64,000 nucleotides of DNA from Amphiscolops sp. MND2022 (Eukaryota): the NCBI GenBank assembly GCA_964187785.1, contig OZ076413.1, positions 46,254,001 through 46,318,000 of the forward strand, written 5' to 3'. This document shows, piece after piece, positions 39,963 through 53,115 of the stretch (positions are counted from its first letter, which is position 1; each line of letters opens with the position of its first letter). Both the position numbers and the translations under genes were made by a program. Under the pieces are notes generated by a model. It did not search any database. It saw only the letters and a program-made list of their open reading frames with translations, and was not told the origin of the DNA.

Positions 39963-42900
39963 TTAATATCGGTAGGAGTCTGAAAAGTTAGCATTTGGGT
40001 TGGGTCGTAGATTGTACTTTTCACCACGTGTATTGGTAGGGGTTTTTTTGAACCTCATTATTTTCTTGATTTCCATCTGTATTTTCTGGGGCTTTTTCTG
40101 CATCAATAGTAGGGTTAGGTTGTAAGTCTTGTTGATTATCATTTATATCGATTTCGTTTTCTGCATTTTCGGGTAGGGTTTCTTCATTAGGAACGGTAGT
40201 TTGTTCTACCGGGGCTCCCCCACTGTTTTTTGAAATTTCGAGGGAGGGTGGGTGGTTTATCGGTATATATTCTTGTATGTCATCTTGTTCATTATCTGGG
40301 AGTTCTGTTTCAAATGGATTTGTACCAAAATTTGTATCCCATGTATGGGCATACAGATCATCGTGTGTAACTATTATGTTGTCATCTTTTTGCCAATCTG
40401 TTTCTCTGACGAAATTATCGGCTAGTGGAGCGCTAGGTGTAAATTTCCTCAGACGTATTCGGTGTAACAGTTGTGTTTTGTTTGTGCCTAGCCTTCGTAC
40501 GATGTAGTTGTTGTTAGGTAGGACTTTTTCAACTTTGTAAGGACCTATCCAACGGAATTCGCGGAACGGAATTTTTGTTGCTTGTGTGTCTGCCTTTGGG
40601 TTCAGTATATAACAGTAGTCTGTTGTTGTAAGCGGTGCTGCCTTTGCCTTGCGGTCATAGTATGCTTTATATTTTAAGTATGACTGCATGATATTCTTTT
40701 TGGTTTGGTCATTGAGTATGTCCATTCTGCGTTGTATTTCTTCTGCAATGTCAGTCTGTGGAGTATACCGTGGGTTAGGATTATAGCCTAGCTTGTAGTC
40801 TAGGATGTTATGTGGTATCCTGCCGTGGAAAACACGGGTTGGTTCACACCCTAAGCTGGCATGATACGTTGTATTGAGGTTTAAGACAGCCAGTGGTAGG
40901 AATTTGTGCCAATTATTGCGAAATTCACCTGTAGCTGCTTTCAAATGTGTTTTTACTGTAGCATGAGTGCGTTCTAGCATGCCAATTGTTTGTGCATGTT
41001 TTGTCGAAGCGTGTTTTAGTTCAACTCCAAGCACTGCTGCTACTTCTCGGGTGATTTGTGAGTTGAATTGAGTGCCCATGTCAGTTATTATGGTCGTTGG
41101 TAAATATGTGTGTTTGCACAAAATGTCCATAATGACTCTTGCGACTGTAGGGGCTGTGATTCGGTTTGTTGGGTAAGCAAATAAATATCTTGAGAAGACG
41201 TCGATTGCTGTTATGATGTTATCAAACCCTCCACTTGGTGGAAGATTAGGTAAGATATCCATCTGAAGAATATCTTCTGGGCCAAGGTCCCATTCTGGAC
41301 AATTTAAGAGTTCTGTTTTCAGTAAATCGTTATTGATTCTTTTGTTTTGAATGCACATTTGGCACTTTTGTACCCAATTTTTGATGTGTTTTGCTAAGCA
41401 TGGGTAATAGTATTTCTGTCGTGCTTCCTGTATCATCTTTGTAATTCCTGGGTGGTTTGCATTGTGTCCATGCAATGCTTGTAGGAACTCTTCGAGAAGC
41501 TGTTTTGGTAAGAGTATTTGGTAGTGTGAGATTTGTCCAATATCATTGTGGTATTTTCGTACAAGGATGTCTTGGCGGGTTTCGATGCGGAGTATGTTTT
41601 GTAGGTAGTGTTGGTAACGAATGTCTTGTGTGAACGCTGATTCATCAAAAGGCTCACCCTCTATTTTTGCTCTGAGATTGCGAAGGACTGGATCATTATT
41701 TTGTTCGAGTCGGATTTTTGCATTGTCTCGGGAATGTCCTTCCCGATAATCTATTGTTCCGGCAGTTGGTTTATGGAAATTTTGTAATTCAGTTATTTCG
41801 TTTTCCGGTCCATTGTGTGTTTCTGTTTGTGCTTGATTTCGGATATTGTCTTTTTGTTCCCAGAGTGTTTTTTCATCGTTTTCATCGTCTGGGTGGACGT
41901 AAATTTGTTCTTCTTCGGCTATGCCGGAGGATTGGATATTAACCTCGATAGCTTTTGTTTGTATGTCGTTACGTAAATTCATTTCTAGTTTTTCCGTCGG
42001 ATTAATTTCCGTTCGCGACAAGAAGTCTGCAGCTGTATTCATTGCTCCTGCCACATGTGCTATGACGAAATTCTACTGTAGGACGTAGTCGCATGCGTTC
42101 CATAGTGCTGGGGGAATGATTTTTGTTTGGAAGAATCTAGTGACTGCTCGGTTGTCGGTGAAAACAATTACGGGAAAAGTACTTCCCCACATTAGGTGCC
42201 CAATTTCTGAGAATGCAAAGAAGATGGCTAAAAACTCCTTCGCATATATTGACATTTTTAATTGGGTTGGGTTGAAAGTTTTTGAGCCAAAAGCTGTTGG
42301 TGCGTATGTTTTGCGTTTTGATTGTAGTTTTTGTTGAGGGTCATCTTCGATCATAATCGCATATCCTGCAGCTGTGAAACTGGCATCAGACATGACGATT
42401 AGTTGTTTGTCTTTAAGTGGTTGTTTGAGCGCCATCTGGCAAAATTGAAGGAGAAGGTTGTTTAGTTGTTCAAAATTGCTTGTAAGTTCGGTAGAAATGT
42501 AGAATTTGTTGGTTTCCTTCAGTAGTTTGAAGAAAGGGGTGAGTCGTTCCGAAAGGCGTGGTATATAATTTCTGTAATAATTCAGAAAACCAATATACCT
42601 TTGAAGGCCTTTTTTGGATTTGGGGAATTTAAGTTTCGTTAAGAAATCTTTGACTTTGTCTACTTGGGGAGAAACTCCTTCAGGTGTGATCGTTCTTCCC
42701 AGGAAATCGACCTGTTTGACTCCAAAATGGCATTTTGACATTGACAATTTCAGACCTGCGTTCCGTATACATTCGAAGACTGCTCGGATGTTTATACACA
42801 GTTGTAACACCGTGTTTGCTGCAATTCCGATGTCGTCGACGTATTGGGCGCATTGGTCTGCTTTGATGAGGGTGTCTAAGTATTCCCGTATGAAACTGGA

Positions 42901-44875
42901 GAATGCTGAAAGTGATCGGCTAAGGCCTTGTGCTAATCGTCGATACGCAAAGTTCGGCTAGCGAAGTTAAAGGCCAACATCTGAATTGATTGGTAATCTG
43001 CCATCTGAAGGCAGTGGTACGCTTGTGAACAGTCAAGTTTACAGAATAATTTCTTTCCGGCCATATGTTGGGCTGCATCGGATAGTGTACTGACTGGGTG
43101 ATTGTTATTTACGTAGTCTTCAGAGATGAGATTATTTATCTTGCGCAAATCGACTAAGAGTCGCAAACGACCATTAGGTTTTCGTTGCGCAAAAATTGGA
43201 CTTGCGTATTTAGAGAACGGTAGAGTTGTTATTATACCATATTTGTGAAGTAGGGCAAGTTCTACCGTGATGTCGTCTTTTAGGTTGATCGGAGTTGGAA
43301 GGCTTTGACTATATGCTGGTCCATCATCATTTGGTGTGAGTTTGACTTTGAGTTCTCTATTTGTCCCGATGTCAAACCGGTGTCTGGCAAAAATATCATG
43401 AAATTCAACCAGCAGTTCTTCCAGCTTTTGTCGTTCAAACAGTGTGAGTGTTGTGTCACTCCAGTCGAAATTGTCAAGAAATGTTTTGCGTGATTTTTCG
43501 TCGGCTTGTGGGTTGAGTTTTTCTAGTGTTTGAAGTTCCACTAGTTCGTCAAATATTCGTTTCTGAATGGGTGTGTATGTTGTGGGGTCTCCAGTTTGTT
43601 CCGGTGTTGGAACCAGTATTGTTCCGTTTTGTCTTCTTTGTTGTTTACTTTTAGAAGTTCATTGAGGTATACGTCCGTAACTTCAATATGTTGGTGCTTG
43701 ATGAATGTTAGCATTGAAGGGTTAAATGGTTTGATGTGTTTCAATTGTTCTGGAGTTAAGACTCGAAAGTCGGCCAGATGTGTGTCTGTTGTGATCGTAT
43801 ATGGTAGTTCTGAGAAGTTACAGATCTGGTATCCGACTGCGTTATTGTTGACTGTGCAGAGGGAAGATACTAGGAAAAGTGTGTCATGATCCTCAAGGTG
43901 CGTAGATGGCGTTACTATGCCTGTTGCGTCATGATCAATTAAATGCGGCATTTTGCTTGCGATGAGCATTGTTTCACCTGGTTGCAGTGTGTATGTTGCT
44001 TCTGCAAGTAGTGGTGTTGATTGTCGTGTTGGAAGACTGTGTTCTGGTTTTAGTTGCATTGATAAATGTGGAAAAGTCAATATTCCTTGTCGGATGTCGA
44101 AAATGGCATTGTTCCTTTTTAAGAAACAAAGTCCGATTAGAGGATTCGGTAAAATTTTCATGACGATGAAATTTTCTTTAAACATAAAATCTGCCACTTC
44201 GAATGTTAGGCAGACTGTTCCGATTGGTGTTTCCAATTGTCCGTTTGCTACCATTATTTGAAAATTGGGTGCGGGACCTGTGTCTGTTATTGCTTCTGGT
44301 GCAAGAAGTTTGATTTTATTTGGGTCTTGTTCCGATATTGCGCTCGTGAGAGCTCCGGTATCAATTAGACCGTCGAGTGTAAGTTTTTCAAAATCCATTG
44401 GAACATAATACATATGTCGTTTGCTTTTTAGCGTCAGGTTGGTTGATAAAAGAAGCATTGGTATATCTGTGTCTTTATTAATCGTAAGATGATTTTGAAT
44501 TTCATCATCTATGAGTGGTTGTTTTTGTATTGATGCAGGTTCGGTTGGTACTACAGGTGAGTCTTGTGTTTGGAGAGGCTCAAAATTGTTTTTCGGAAGA
44601 GGTTCTGGTAAATTTTGTGGTGAGGTTTCGAGTGCAGATTCAAACAGGTTTTCTGGTGTTTTTTCGTTACTTATGTCAAAATTTGTGGCGATGTATCTGT
44701 CAGGGGCGTCTCTGTATATTTCATACAAATCGTCCTCTGTTTCGTTTGGTTGAGTTCGCGGAGTCTGAGAGTCAGTGTGTTGTGTGAAAGTGTTTGTTTT
44801 TATTAAGTGAAGAGTTGGATGCTGCCAGTCATCTTTCTCCTCTGGTTTTGTTGGGCGTGGCTTTATTAGTTTAAA
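39963..44875 (-). pseudogene. pol: Element B pol (PR-RT-RNaseH-IN) with several frameshifts and stops
   Basis: LIDTGA, CKLDCSQAY, YVDDI, MSDAS, HHCC, DDE core and GPY motif across ORFs 43541-44728, 42933-43541, 42073-42810 and 40021-42054. Confidence 0.93.
44869..44875 (-). promoter_or_regulatory. -1 frameshift heptamer T TTA AAC (element B)
   Basis: AAT TTA AAC TAA at the gag end. The -1 frame is open into the protease ORF (LIKPRPTKPEEKDDW...). Confidence 0.85.
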
Positions 44876-45955
44876 TTCTTCGATGATGAAGGTTGTTGTC
44901 GGGGTGCTTTCGGGTTAATATGTTTGTTGGAGTTTTTGTAATTTTCAATGAGTTTTTTCTGTGCTTCGGTTAGTGTCCACTTCGGGGGACGATTTTCCAT
45001 ATTTGCACCGAAGTAGCATGTTGGTTCTTGATGTCCTGGTGCGTTACAATGCGTACAGCGTGTGGCATCAGGGTCTTCTTCTAGCTTACGGCGTTTTGCT
45101 AGTTTAGCGCAGTCTGCTGCCTTGTGCCCCGTGTTTTTACAATAACGACATTGGTCATCTTGTAATGTATTGTTGGGCACTGTTTTTGGTGTTTGTTTCT
45201 TTTTTGTTGTTGCAGTTTTCTGCTGCGTCGGTTTGTCTTCTGCTGTTTTGTTTATTACTGCCATTTGCGTTTCAACGCCAGTGTCTTCTGATTCGAGTCC
45301 GTTTAATTCCATCTCTCGTTCGAGATGCCGGACTATTTGCTCGTATGTTCCATTCTCAAGATAGGCTTGGTTAATAGAACGTTTCAGGTGTGGTGGCATT
45401 TTTGCGTATAATAGACTTTCTATCATTTGTGATGCAATGTCACCGAAAGCTTTTTCGGCGCTTTCCTGTAGTTCTTCTAAGAAGTCTGGTAGTTTCTGGC
45501 GTTCCGGGTCAAAAATCAAGCGATGAAATCTATGTTTTGCTGACGCGCTAGATTCGGGCTTGACATATTTTCTCCGGAACACTACCAGTATGTCTTCAAG
45601 CGTAGTTGTTGGTGTTCGTTGGATGTTTTTGAATGTTTTCAATGCTAGTCCACGCAAATGTGCGTGAAATTGGTTTGTTTTCATTTCCTCGGTTAATGCG
45701 GGTTGCATTCTGAGTGTTGTGTGGAAAAGATCTTCGAATTATTCGAATTTCTCATTCTTTTCCAATTTCCCGTTAAAAGTGAGTGTGTTTTTTGGATGAA
45801 AGAGTGATGGTTGTGAATTACGACTCGCTAATTTCTCAATAGCCATAGCTATTTGGTTAACGGGGTCTTGCTGAATGTTGAGTGGTTCAGCAATCAGATG
45901 TTCATTGTGTGTTGTCGTTGTATTGTTTGAGCTTTGACGATGAAGTGGTTTGGTA

Positions 45956-45968
45956 GCTCCTGTCACCA
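45956..45968 (-). promoter_or_regulatory. Element B primer-binding site
   Basis: TGGTGACAGGAGC next to the 5' LTR end. Confidence 0.8.
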
Positions 45969-47476
45969 TGTGATAATCCTCTTGTGTACGGTCTTCATTA
46001 ATGACCACAGAGTCATTTAAATCGGTGTTTTGTATGCTCAAAGGTTGCATTGGCGTTCTTAGTTCGTTTAAGTTAGATGGCTTGAAAGGATTACCCTGTA
46101 TCTCGCTTTCTTGATTTTCTGGTCCAGATGCGTTTTCTTCACCGTCTTCATTACTTATGTGTTTGGAGGTTCCTGCTCTGGGAGTGTTTTGTTCTCGATA
46201 TCTTCTGTTTGGTACGGATTGTGTTCTTCTGTTATTTTTCATCTCTTTCAGTATTTTCTCTAATTTTTCATCCATTTCTTTTTCCTTAAGTTTGTTACTT
46301 CTTTGTTCGTTTTATCTGTTATTCTTTGGGTCCAAATTTGCATTTCGTTTTCATTTTAGGTTCCGCTGTCTAGGGCTATTTCTTCGTCCCTAACTGAACT
46401 AACATTTTCCAAATTACTTGAGGTCTCAATAACAGTTTCATTACCTTGTGATGTCTCTATTTCTGATGCACTCAACTCTCTCTCAAGTGAGGGTGATTGT
46501 CCTCGTCTAGATCTCCTATTTCTCTTGTTTCCCATCTTGGCCAGATTAAAATGCAATGTTGGAGAGAAGAATTTTAATTAGGTTTGAGAAACAAAGTGAA
46601 ATCGGGTTGAAATGAGATTGAAGAAAATGTGCATAACGTTGAGTTATTGAAGTTGAAAACAAAGATTGTGAAGATAGAAAGAGAGGTCTGATCAGTCCGG
46701 GAGTTTTTCTGCCGAATGACTATTATCGGGTTCCTTACTCTCCTTTTTAAATTGAGCTATATTTAGCAGCATGACAGCCAATTTTTAGGAAATCATCATT
46801 ACATCATTTTATGTAATGGCTAAAAATAGCACTCCATTATTTTCCAAAAGTATATAAATAGATTCTTACATGACACAATTATCTATTAATAGTATCTTGC
46901 ATGACGAATAATTCTCTATGATTGGTTAACACGCAAACTGCATCAATCCGTTTATCGTTAATGGGAAGAATGTGACAAACCGTAGTATGACTCATATGTA
47001 ATGCAAATATTGATTTCAACATAATGTAGCACGTATGATTAAGTCAACGTAATGAGTCATACTTCTAAAAGTTATAATCGAAAAATTGAAAAATGCAATA
47101 TTGTACTGCAATATGCTGCAAACTTAGTACGGCGGATTAATTCAAATGTCAAAGTCCATACGTACTAATGCATCATACAAATCACGTATAATTTATTCAT
47201 TTCACTACAAATCATGTTGAGCGGTATTATACGTCAAATATGTTAATACCTTGTAACATTTAGTGAATTGTTTATGAATGGGTAATAATTTGCGAGCACA
47301 GTTAACTATAATGACAAACAAATTTAAATGATGCTGGTGTATAAAAGTCATATATGAATGCATGTAAAACAAGCTTCAAGAAGTAATGAGTTTTCTCCAG
47401 TTTGAAATAATAGATGGCCAGGTCATTTGTCTCTATCGCTGCTCCACGGGTCCAGCACAAGCTCTAGGCTGTGACA
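45969..47476 (-). repeat. Element B 5' LTR (1508 bp)
   Basis: Reads TGTCACA...TATCACA on the minus strand. Confidence 0.95.
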
Positions 47477-47481
47477 TGGTT

Positions 47482-48826
47482 GTTGTGAATGGACCTTCAT
47501 CATAGTGCTAACGTACCTTCATTGCTTCATTGGGAACCCTTGTTTTAATCATACAATGAGTTATCTCATTGTCTAATTATATATTCTAAAGTTCCTGATG
47601 CGTCTAAATTCGTCATCAGGTAGTAATCTACTTCTTAGCTAGTACAATTATGCGGTACTATGCGGATTGAAGTGTGACGTATACTCGTCATTATTTGTTT
47701 TTACTAGTATCATTATGCGGCATTATACGTTTCAAGGTGTAACGAGTATGCGGCATTATGCGCTTTTCATAATAACTTTATACGGCATCCTGCGGAACTA
47801 GTAGTGACGCATACTCGTCACTATGCGGTTCTCGCAGGACCTATTAAATAACCCCAGCACGTGTTATAACGTTATCTAGAAGCCAATCCAATTACAAATG
47901 AAGGCCATCTTAAGAGATTCCCAGGGTTCATTAGTTTCTTTTCCCAATCATACTTTTATGATGTCATGTAAATGTGCTATTTTTATAATATAACGTCATT
48001 GGACGTAATTCTATTTTTGTCTCGATTCCATACAATGACTCCCATAAAAAGGAGTGTCACGATTTTTGGATTTTGTTCGGAGTTTTCAATCGGAGAGATT
48101 CACTAAGAATCCAACCCTCATCAAGTGCAGTTACTTTCTAAAATAACTGTAAAACTTTGATTTCGTCACTGTTAAACTTCAGCTTTGCTCTTCTTTTGGG
48201 ATACAAGACTAATTCAAATTCTTTCCCAAAAGCTAGAGAACATTCTCACCTGAGATAACATGGGAAAAAAAGAAGCAGAAGGTCTAGAAGACTTGAGACA
48301 CCGTCCCCAGACAGAGAAGTGGAGGTAACACAAATAGAAACCCCTAAAACAGGTAATGAAGCTTTAATTGATCTTAGTAATGTTGCCCAGGGAAATTTAG
48401 GTGAAAATAGCTCCGAAAACCAGTTAACCGAACCTAGTCAAATGAATAATGAGATGCAAGTTTGGACCCAAATCATGGAACAAAAGAACAACGATAGGAT
48501 TGAAAAGATGAGAGAAGAAATGGAAAACAAACTTGAGGCGATTCTAAAAGAAATAAAGTCCAATAAAAAAGCATCCACAGTAACTAATCCTAGGTCGGAT
48601 ATGAATGAAATGCGAGAAAATCAACCATCGGGATCCAAATTGAGTAAATCTATAGGAGTTCATGCATCCAATAACGAAAACTCTGATTCCGAGAACGACG
48701 ACTATCCTCTTAGAGCATCTAAAATGAAGGACTTGAAACATCCTGCTAAGCCCTTTTTTGAAACTGAAACAGACTTGGATCAAACAATACTTTCAAATGA
48801 AGAATCCGAACAAGAGGATTATCACA
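47482..48826 (+). repeat. Element C 5' LTR, second part
   Basis: Matches ~59945-61289; followed by PBS TGGTGACAGGAGC (48827-48839). Confidence 0.95.
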
Positions 48827-49917
48827 TGGTGACAGGAGCCAACCGACAACTCCATAGACAGAGCTCACAAAAGCTAAATGATACAATTGGATCCCATGCA
48901 GACCAATATACAACGAACTCAATAACACAACCACTTGATCCAGTTAATCAAATTGCTCTTGCAATCGAGAAATTGGCCAACAAAAACTCTCCCCAATCAC
49001 TTTTTCACCCCAAAAGTACACTCACCTTCAATGGGAAAAATGAGAAAAACGAGAAATTCGAATATTTTGAGGACTTGTTCCATACAACATTACGAATGCA
49101 ACCAAACTTAACAGAGGAAAAGAAAATTAACCATTTCCACGCCCATCTGAGAGGTTTGGCACTTAAAACATACAAAGAACCCCCACCGCGACTTTGGAAG
49201 ACATTTTAAAAGTCTTTCGCCGAAAATATGTAAAACCAGAGTCCAGTGCATCTGCTAAACATAGATTCAACAGACTCTTCTTCGACCCAGAAAACCAAAA
49301 ACTTCCGGACTTCTTAGAAGAACTCCAAGAAAGTGCTGAAAAAGCGTTCGGGGACAATGCCCACCAAATGATAGAGAACCTACTCAATGCCAAAATGCCT
49401 CCCCACCTCAAAAAGTCCATTAACCAAGCTTACCTTGAATATGGCACTTACGATCAAATTGTCAAACACCTTGAAAGAGAAATGGAACTTAACGGCCAGG
49501 AAGCAGACGACACTCTCGTCAAAACTCAAATGACCGTTACTAAAAAAGAACAAAATACTGAAAAAACCAGCAAGAAACAAACTGACAAAACTAAAAAACA
49601 AACCCCAAAAACAGTACCTGATAAAACCCTCAAAAACGACCAATGCCGTTACTGCAAGGAGACAGGCCACATGATGACTGACTGTCCCAAATTAGCCAAA
49701 CGGCGCAAACTTGAGGAAGATCCGGAAGCCGAAAAATGTCAAAATTGCAACACCCCAGGACATGATGAAGAAAACTGTTACTTCGGAGCCAATATGGAAA
49801 ATCGTCCACCCAAATGGAACCTCACAGAAGCCCAGAAAAAAGTCATTGAAAACTACAAACAAGCCAAAAAACCTATTAAACCAAAAATGGAATATCAACA
49901 ATCCTCGTCGAAGGAGT
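48260..49917 (+). pseudogene. gag: Element C gag (starts in the LTR; frameshifted)
   Basis: Close homologue of B gag, with two CCHC knuckles. Confidence 0.9.
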
Positions 49918-52900
49918 CCTAGAACATTTGCTTATCGTCGTCTTGCTCAAGGCCTCTCTAGATCACTTTCCGGATTTCCAAGCTTCATGAGAGAGTACCT
50001 AGACCAAGCAATTAAAGCTGACCAATGTGCCCAATATGTCGATGACATTGGCATAGCTGCAAACGACACAAAACAACTGTGCATAAATATCAAAACTGTC
50101 TTTGAATGCATTCGCAATGCAGGACTAAAACTCTTCATGTCAAATGTCACTTTGGAGTCAAACAAGTCGACTTCCTTGGGGGTACAATAACACCAGACGG
50201 AGTCGCCCCACAAGCGGACAAAGTCACCGATTTTCTATCAAAACTCCGATTCCCCAAGTCAAAAAAGGCGTTACAAAGGTATATTGGATTTCTAAATTAT
50301 TATCGAAACTACATACCACGCCTTTCAGAACGGCTTTCTCCGTTCTTCAAGCTCCTCAAAGAAACCTTCAAATTCTACGTACCCACAAACTTGGTAGAAG
50401 CCTTCACCAACCTCAACAAACTTCTGGAAAAATCCTGTCAATTAGCATTAAAACAACCACTGAAAAATAAACAACTTATAGTCATGTCCGACGCAAGTTT
50501 CACAGCAGCAGGATATGCTATCATGATCGAACACGACCCGAACCAAAAACTTCAATCTAAACGAAAAACGTATGCACCCATTGCATTTGGTTCAAAAACC
50601 TTTAACCCAACACAAACTAAAATGTCAATATATGCGAAAGAATTCCTTTCCATATATTTCGCAATTGTAGAGTTTGGACACCTTATGTGGGGAAGTACCT
50701 TCCCAGTCATAGTCTTCACTGACAATCGATCAGTAACATGCTTTTTTCAAGCAAAAATGATTCCACCAGCACTCTGGAATGCGTGCGATTACGTCTTACA
50801 AAATAATTTCGTAATTGCTCATGTTGCTGGATCAATGAACACAGCAGCTGACTTCTTATCTAGAACAGAAGTTGACCCAACTGAAAAACTGGAAATGACA
50901 ATCCGCAATGACATTCACACCAAAGCTATTGAGGTGAATATCCAATCAACTGGAATTGTAGACGAAGAGCAAATTTACATTCTACCCGAAGATGAAATTG
51001 ATGAAAATCAACTTTGGGAAGAGAAACAAAATATTCGAAATCCAGCTCAAACAGAAACACACAACGAGCCAGAGACCGACGTCTCTGAACTACAACAATT
51101 CCACAAACCCACATCAGGGCTCATCTAAATCTCATCGGGATACTTTAAAGATAATGCAAGAATTCGCCTCGAGCAGAACAACGACATAGTCCTTAGAAAT
51201 CTGAGAGCCGAACTTGAAGGAAACCCATTCGATGAAAACGAATTGGCGTCAGATTATAGATACCAACACTATTTACAAAACAAAACCCGAATAGAAATAA
51301 AACAGGAAGTCCTTACACGCAAATACTACACTGACACAGGAACCATATCTCACTACCAAATTCTCTTACCGATCCAACTTCTAGAAGAATTTCTTCAGGC
51401 CTTACATGGTCACAATTCAAATCACCCATGAATCACTAAGATGATTCAAGAAGCCCGACAAAATTACTACTACCCATGTATGGCTAAATACATCACAAAA
51501 TGGGTCAGTAACTGTCAAGTGTGTATCCAAACAAAACGCATTAACAATGATCTTCTCAGAACTGAACTCCTAAATTGCCCAGAATGGGATCTTGGTCCAG
51601 AAGACATTCTGCAAATGGATGTTTTGCCAAACTTCCCCCCAAGCGGAGGCTATGATCATATCATCACGGCGATTGACGTCTTCTCAAAATATTTGTTTGC
51701 TTATCCTGTAACTCGCATCAATGCAACAACGGTGTCAAGAGTTATCATGGACATACTATGCAAGCACACTTACCTTCCTACAACGATAATCACAGATTTA
51801 GGCACTCAATTCAACGCGCAAATAAGGCACGAAGTTGCAGCAGTGCTAGGAATTGAACTTAAACACGCAACAATGAAACATGCTCAAACGATAGGACTCC
51901 TTGAGAGAACCCATGCTTCAGTCAAAACACACCTGAAAGCTGCAACAGGCGAATTCAGGAATAACTGGCATAAGTACCTACCGGTGGCAGTCCTAAACCA
52001 CAATACAACGTACCATGCATCACTCGGTTGCGAGCCTTCAGGAGTTTTTCATGGTAGAATACCACATAATATCCTAGACTACAAACTCGGATATAACCCT
52101 AACCCACGATACCAACCACAGACTGATGTGGCTGAAGAAATCCAAAAACGTATGAAAATCCTTCTAGATCAAACTAAGAAGAACATCATGCAATCTTATC
52201 TCAAATACAAAGCCTACTATGACAGGAAAGCAAAAGCAGCTCCGCTCGAAACGACGATCTATTGTTACATTCTTAACCCAAAAGCTGATACCCAAGCGAC
52301 AAAAATACCATTCCGAGAATTCAGATGGTGTGGACCATAAAAAGTGGAAAAAGTACTCCCTAACAATGACTATAATGTCCGGAGACTTGGCACTAACAAA
52401 ACGCAACTACTACACAGGATCCGTCTGCGGAAATTTACTCCACAAGCAGCATTAGCAGATATTTTCGTTCGTGAAACTGATTGGCAAAAAGATGATCAAA
52501 CGCTTCTAGCAAATGATGATCTATACGCCCAATCATGGAACACAAGTTTTGGAACGAACGCGTTTGAAGACGGTCCGTCAGAGTTTTCTCAGGACACTGA
52601 CGATGCTGAATACGCTCCGATTCAAATACCTGATGATAACCACCCTCCCTCCCCTGAATCTTCAAAAAATGGTGGGGGAGCCCAGTGGAACAGACCACTG
52701 AACCCGAAAGAGGAAACAATGAAAATTCTCGAGAAACCCATGAGGATGAAACAGAAAACCCACAAAAAACCCAAAATAATAAAAATAATACACCCCAAAT
52801 TGATACCCAAAAAATACCAGAAAACCCTGAAAACACCCCATTGCAAGAAGAACCTATAAATACCCGTGGTGAAAAGTATAACCTACGACCCAATCCCAAC

Positions 52901-52930
52901 CCAAACTACTCTGACTCATATAGATACTAA
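49918..52930 (+). pseudogene. pol: Element C pol remnant (C-terminal RT, RNaseH, IN); protease and N-terminal RT deleted
   Basis: The gag end QQSSSKE abuts RTFAYRRLAQGLSRS...YVDDI. RNaseH and IN are homologous to B and contain stops. Confidence 0.92.
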
Positions 52931-53115
52931 AAAGAAATACAGAAGAAATTGTTCTCTCATCTTTCATCTCGATTCACTCTTCAGAGAACCTTTTTCGGTT
53001 TTTCTTCCGATTATAATCAAACAAATGGCTATATAAAGAAGCACTAACAAACAACAGAATAAACTAAACAAAATTGAGACTTTCGATCACAAAGTCATCA
53101 TAGTATATGATTCAA

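Larger units (their letters stand above)
44866..46535 (-). pseudogene. gag: Element B gag (starts in the LTR; stops and a frameshift)
   Basis: MGNKRNRR...EDYH|MVTG...; knuckles CRYCKNTGHKAADC and CTHCNAPGHQEPTC. Confidence 0.9.
16888..47476 (-). mobile_element. Ty3/Gypsy element B (inserted in the C 5' LTR, opposite orientation)
   Basis: 5' LTR 45969-47476; 3' LTR 16888-17959 + 33289-33347; TG...CA ends. TSD TGGTT at 16883-16887 and 47477-47481. Confidence 0.95.

Noticed and set aside
18948..52899. Numerous short ORFs antisense to or overlapping gag/pol
   Set aside because: Shadow frames of coding sequence with no recognisable motifs or cross-family conservation.
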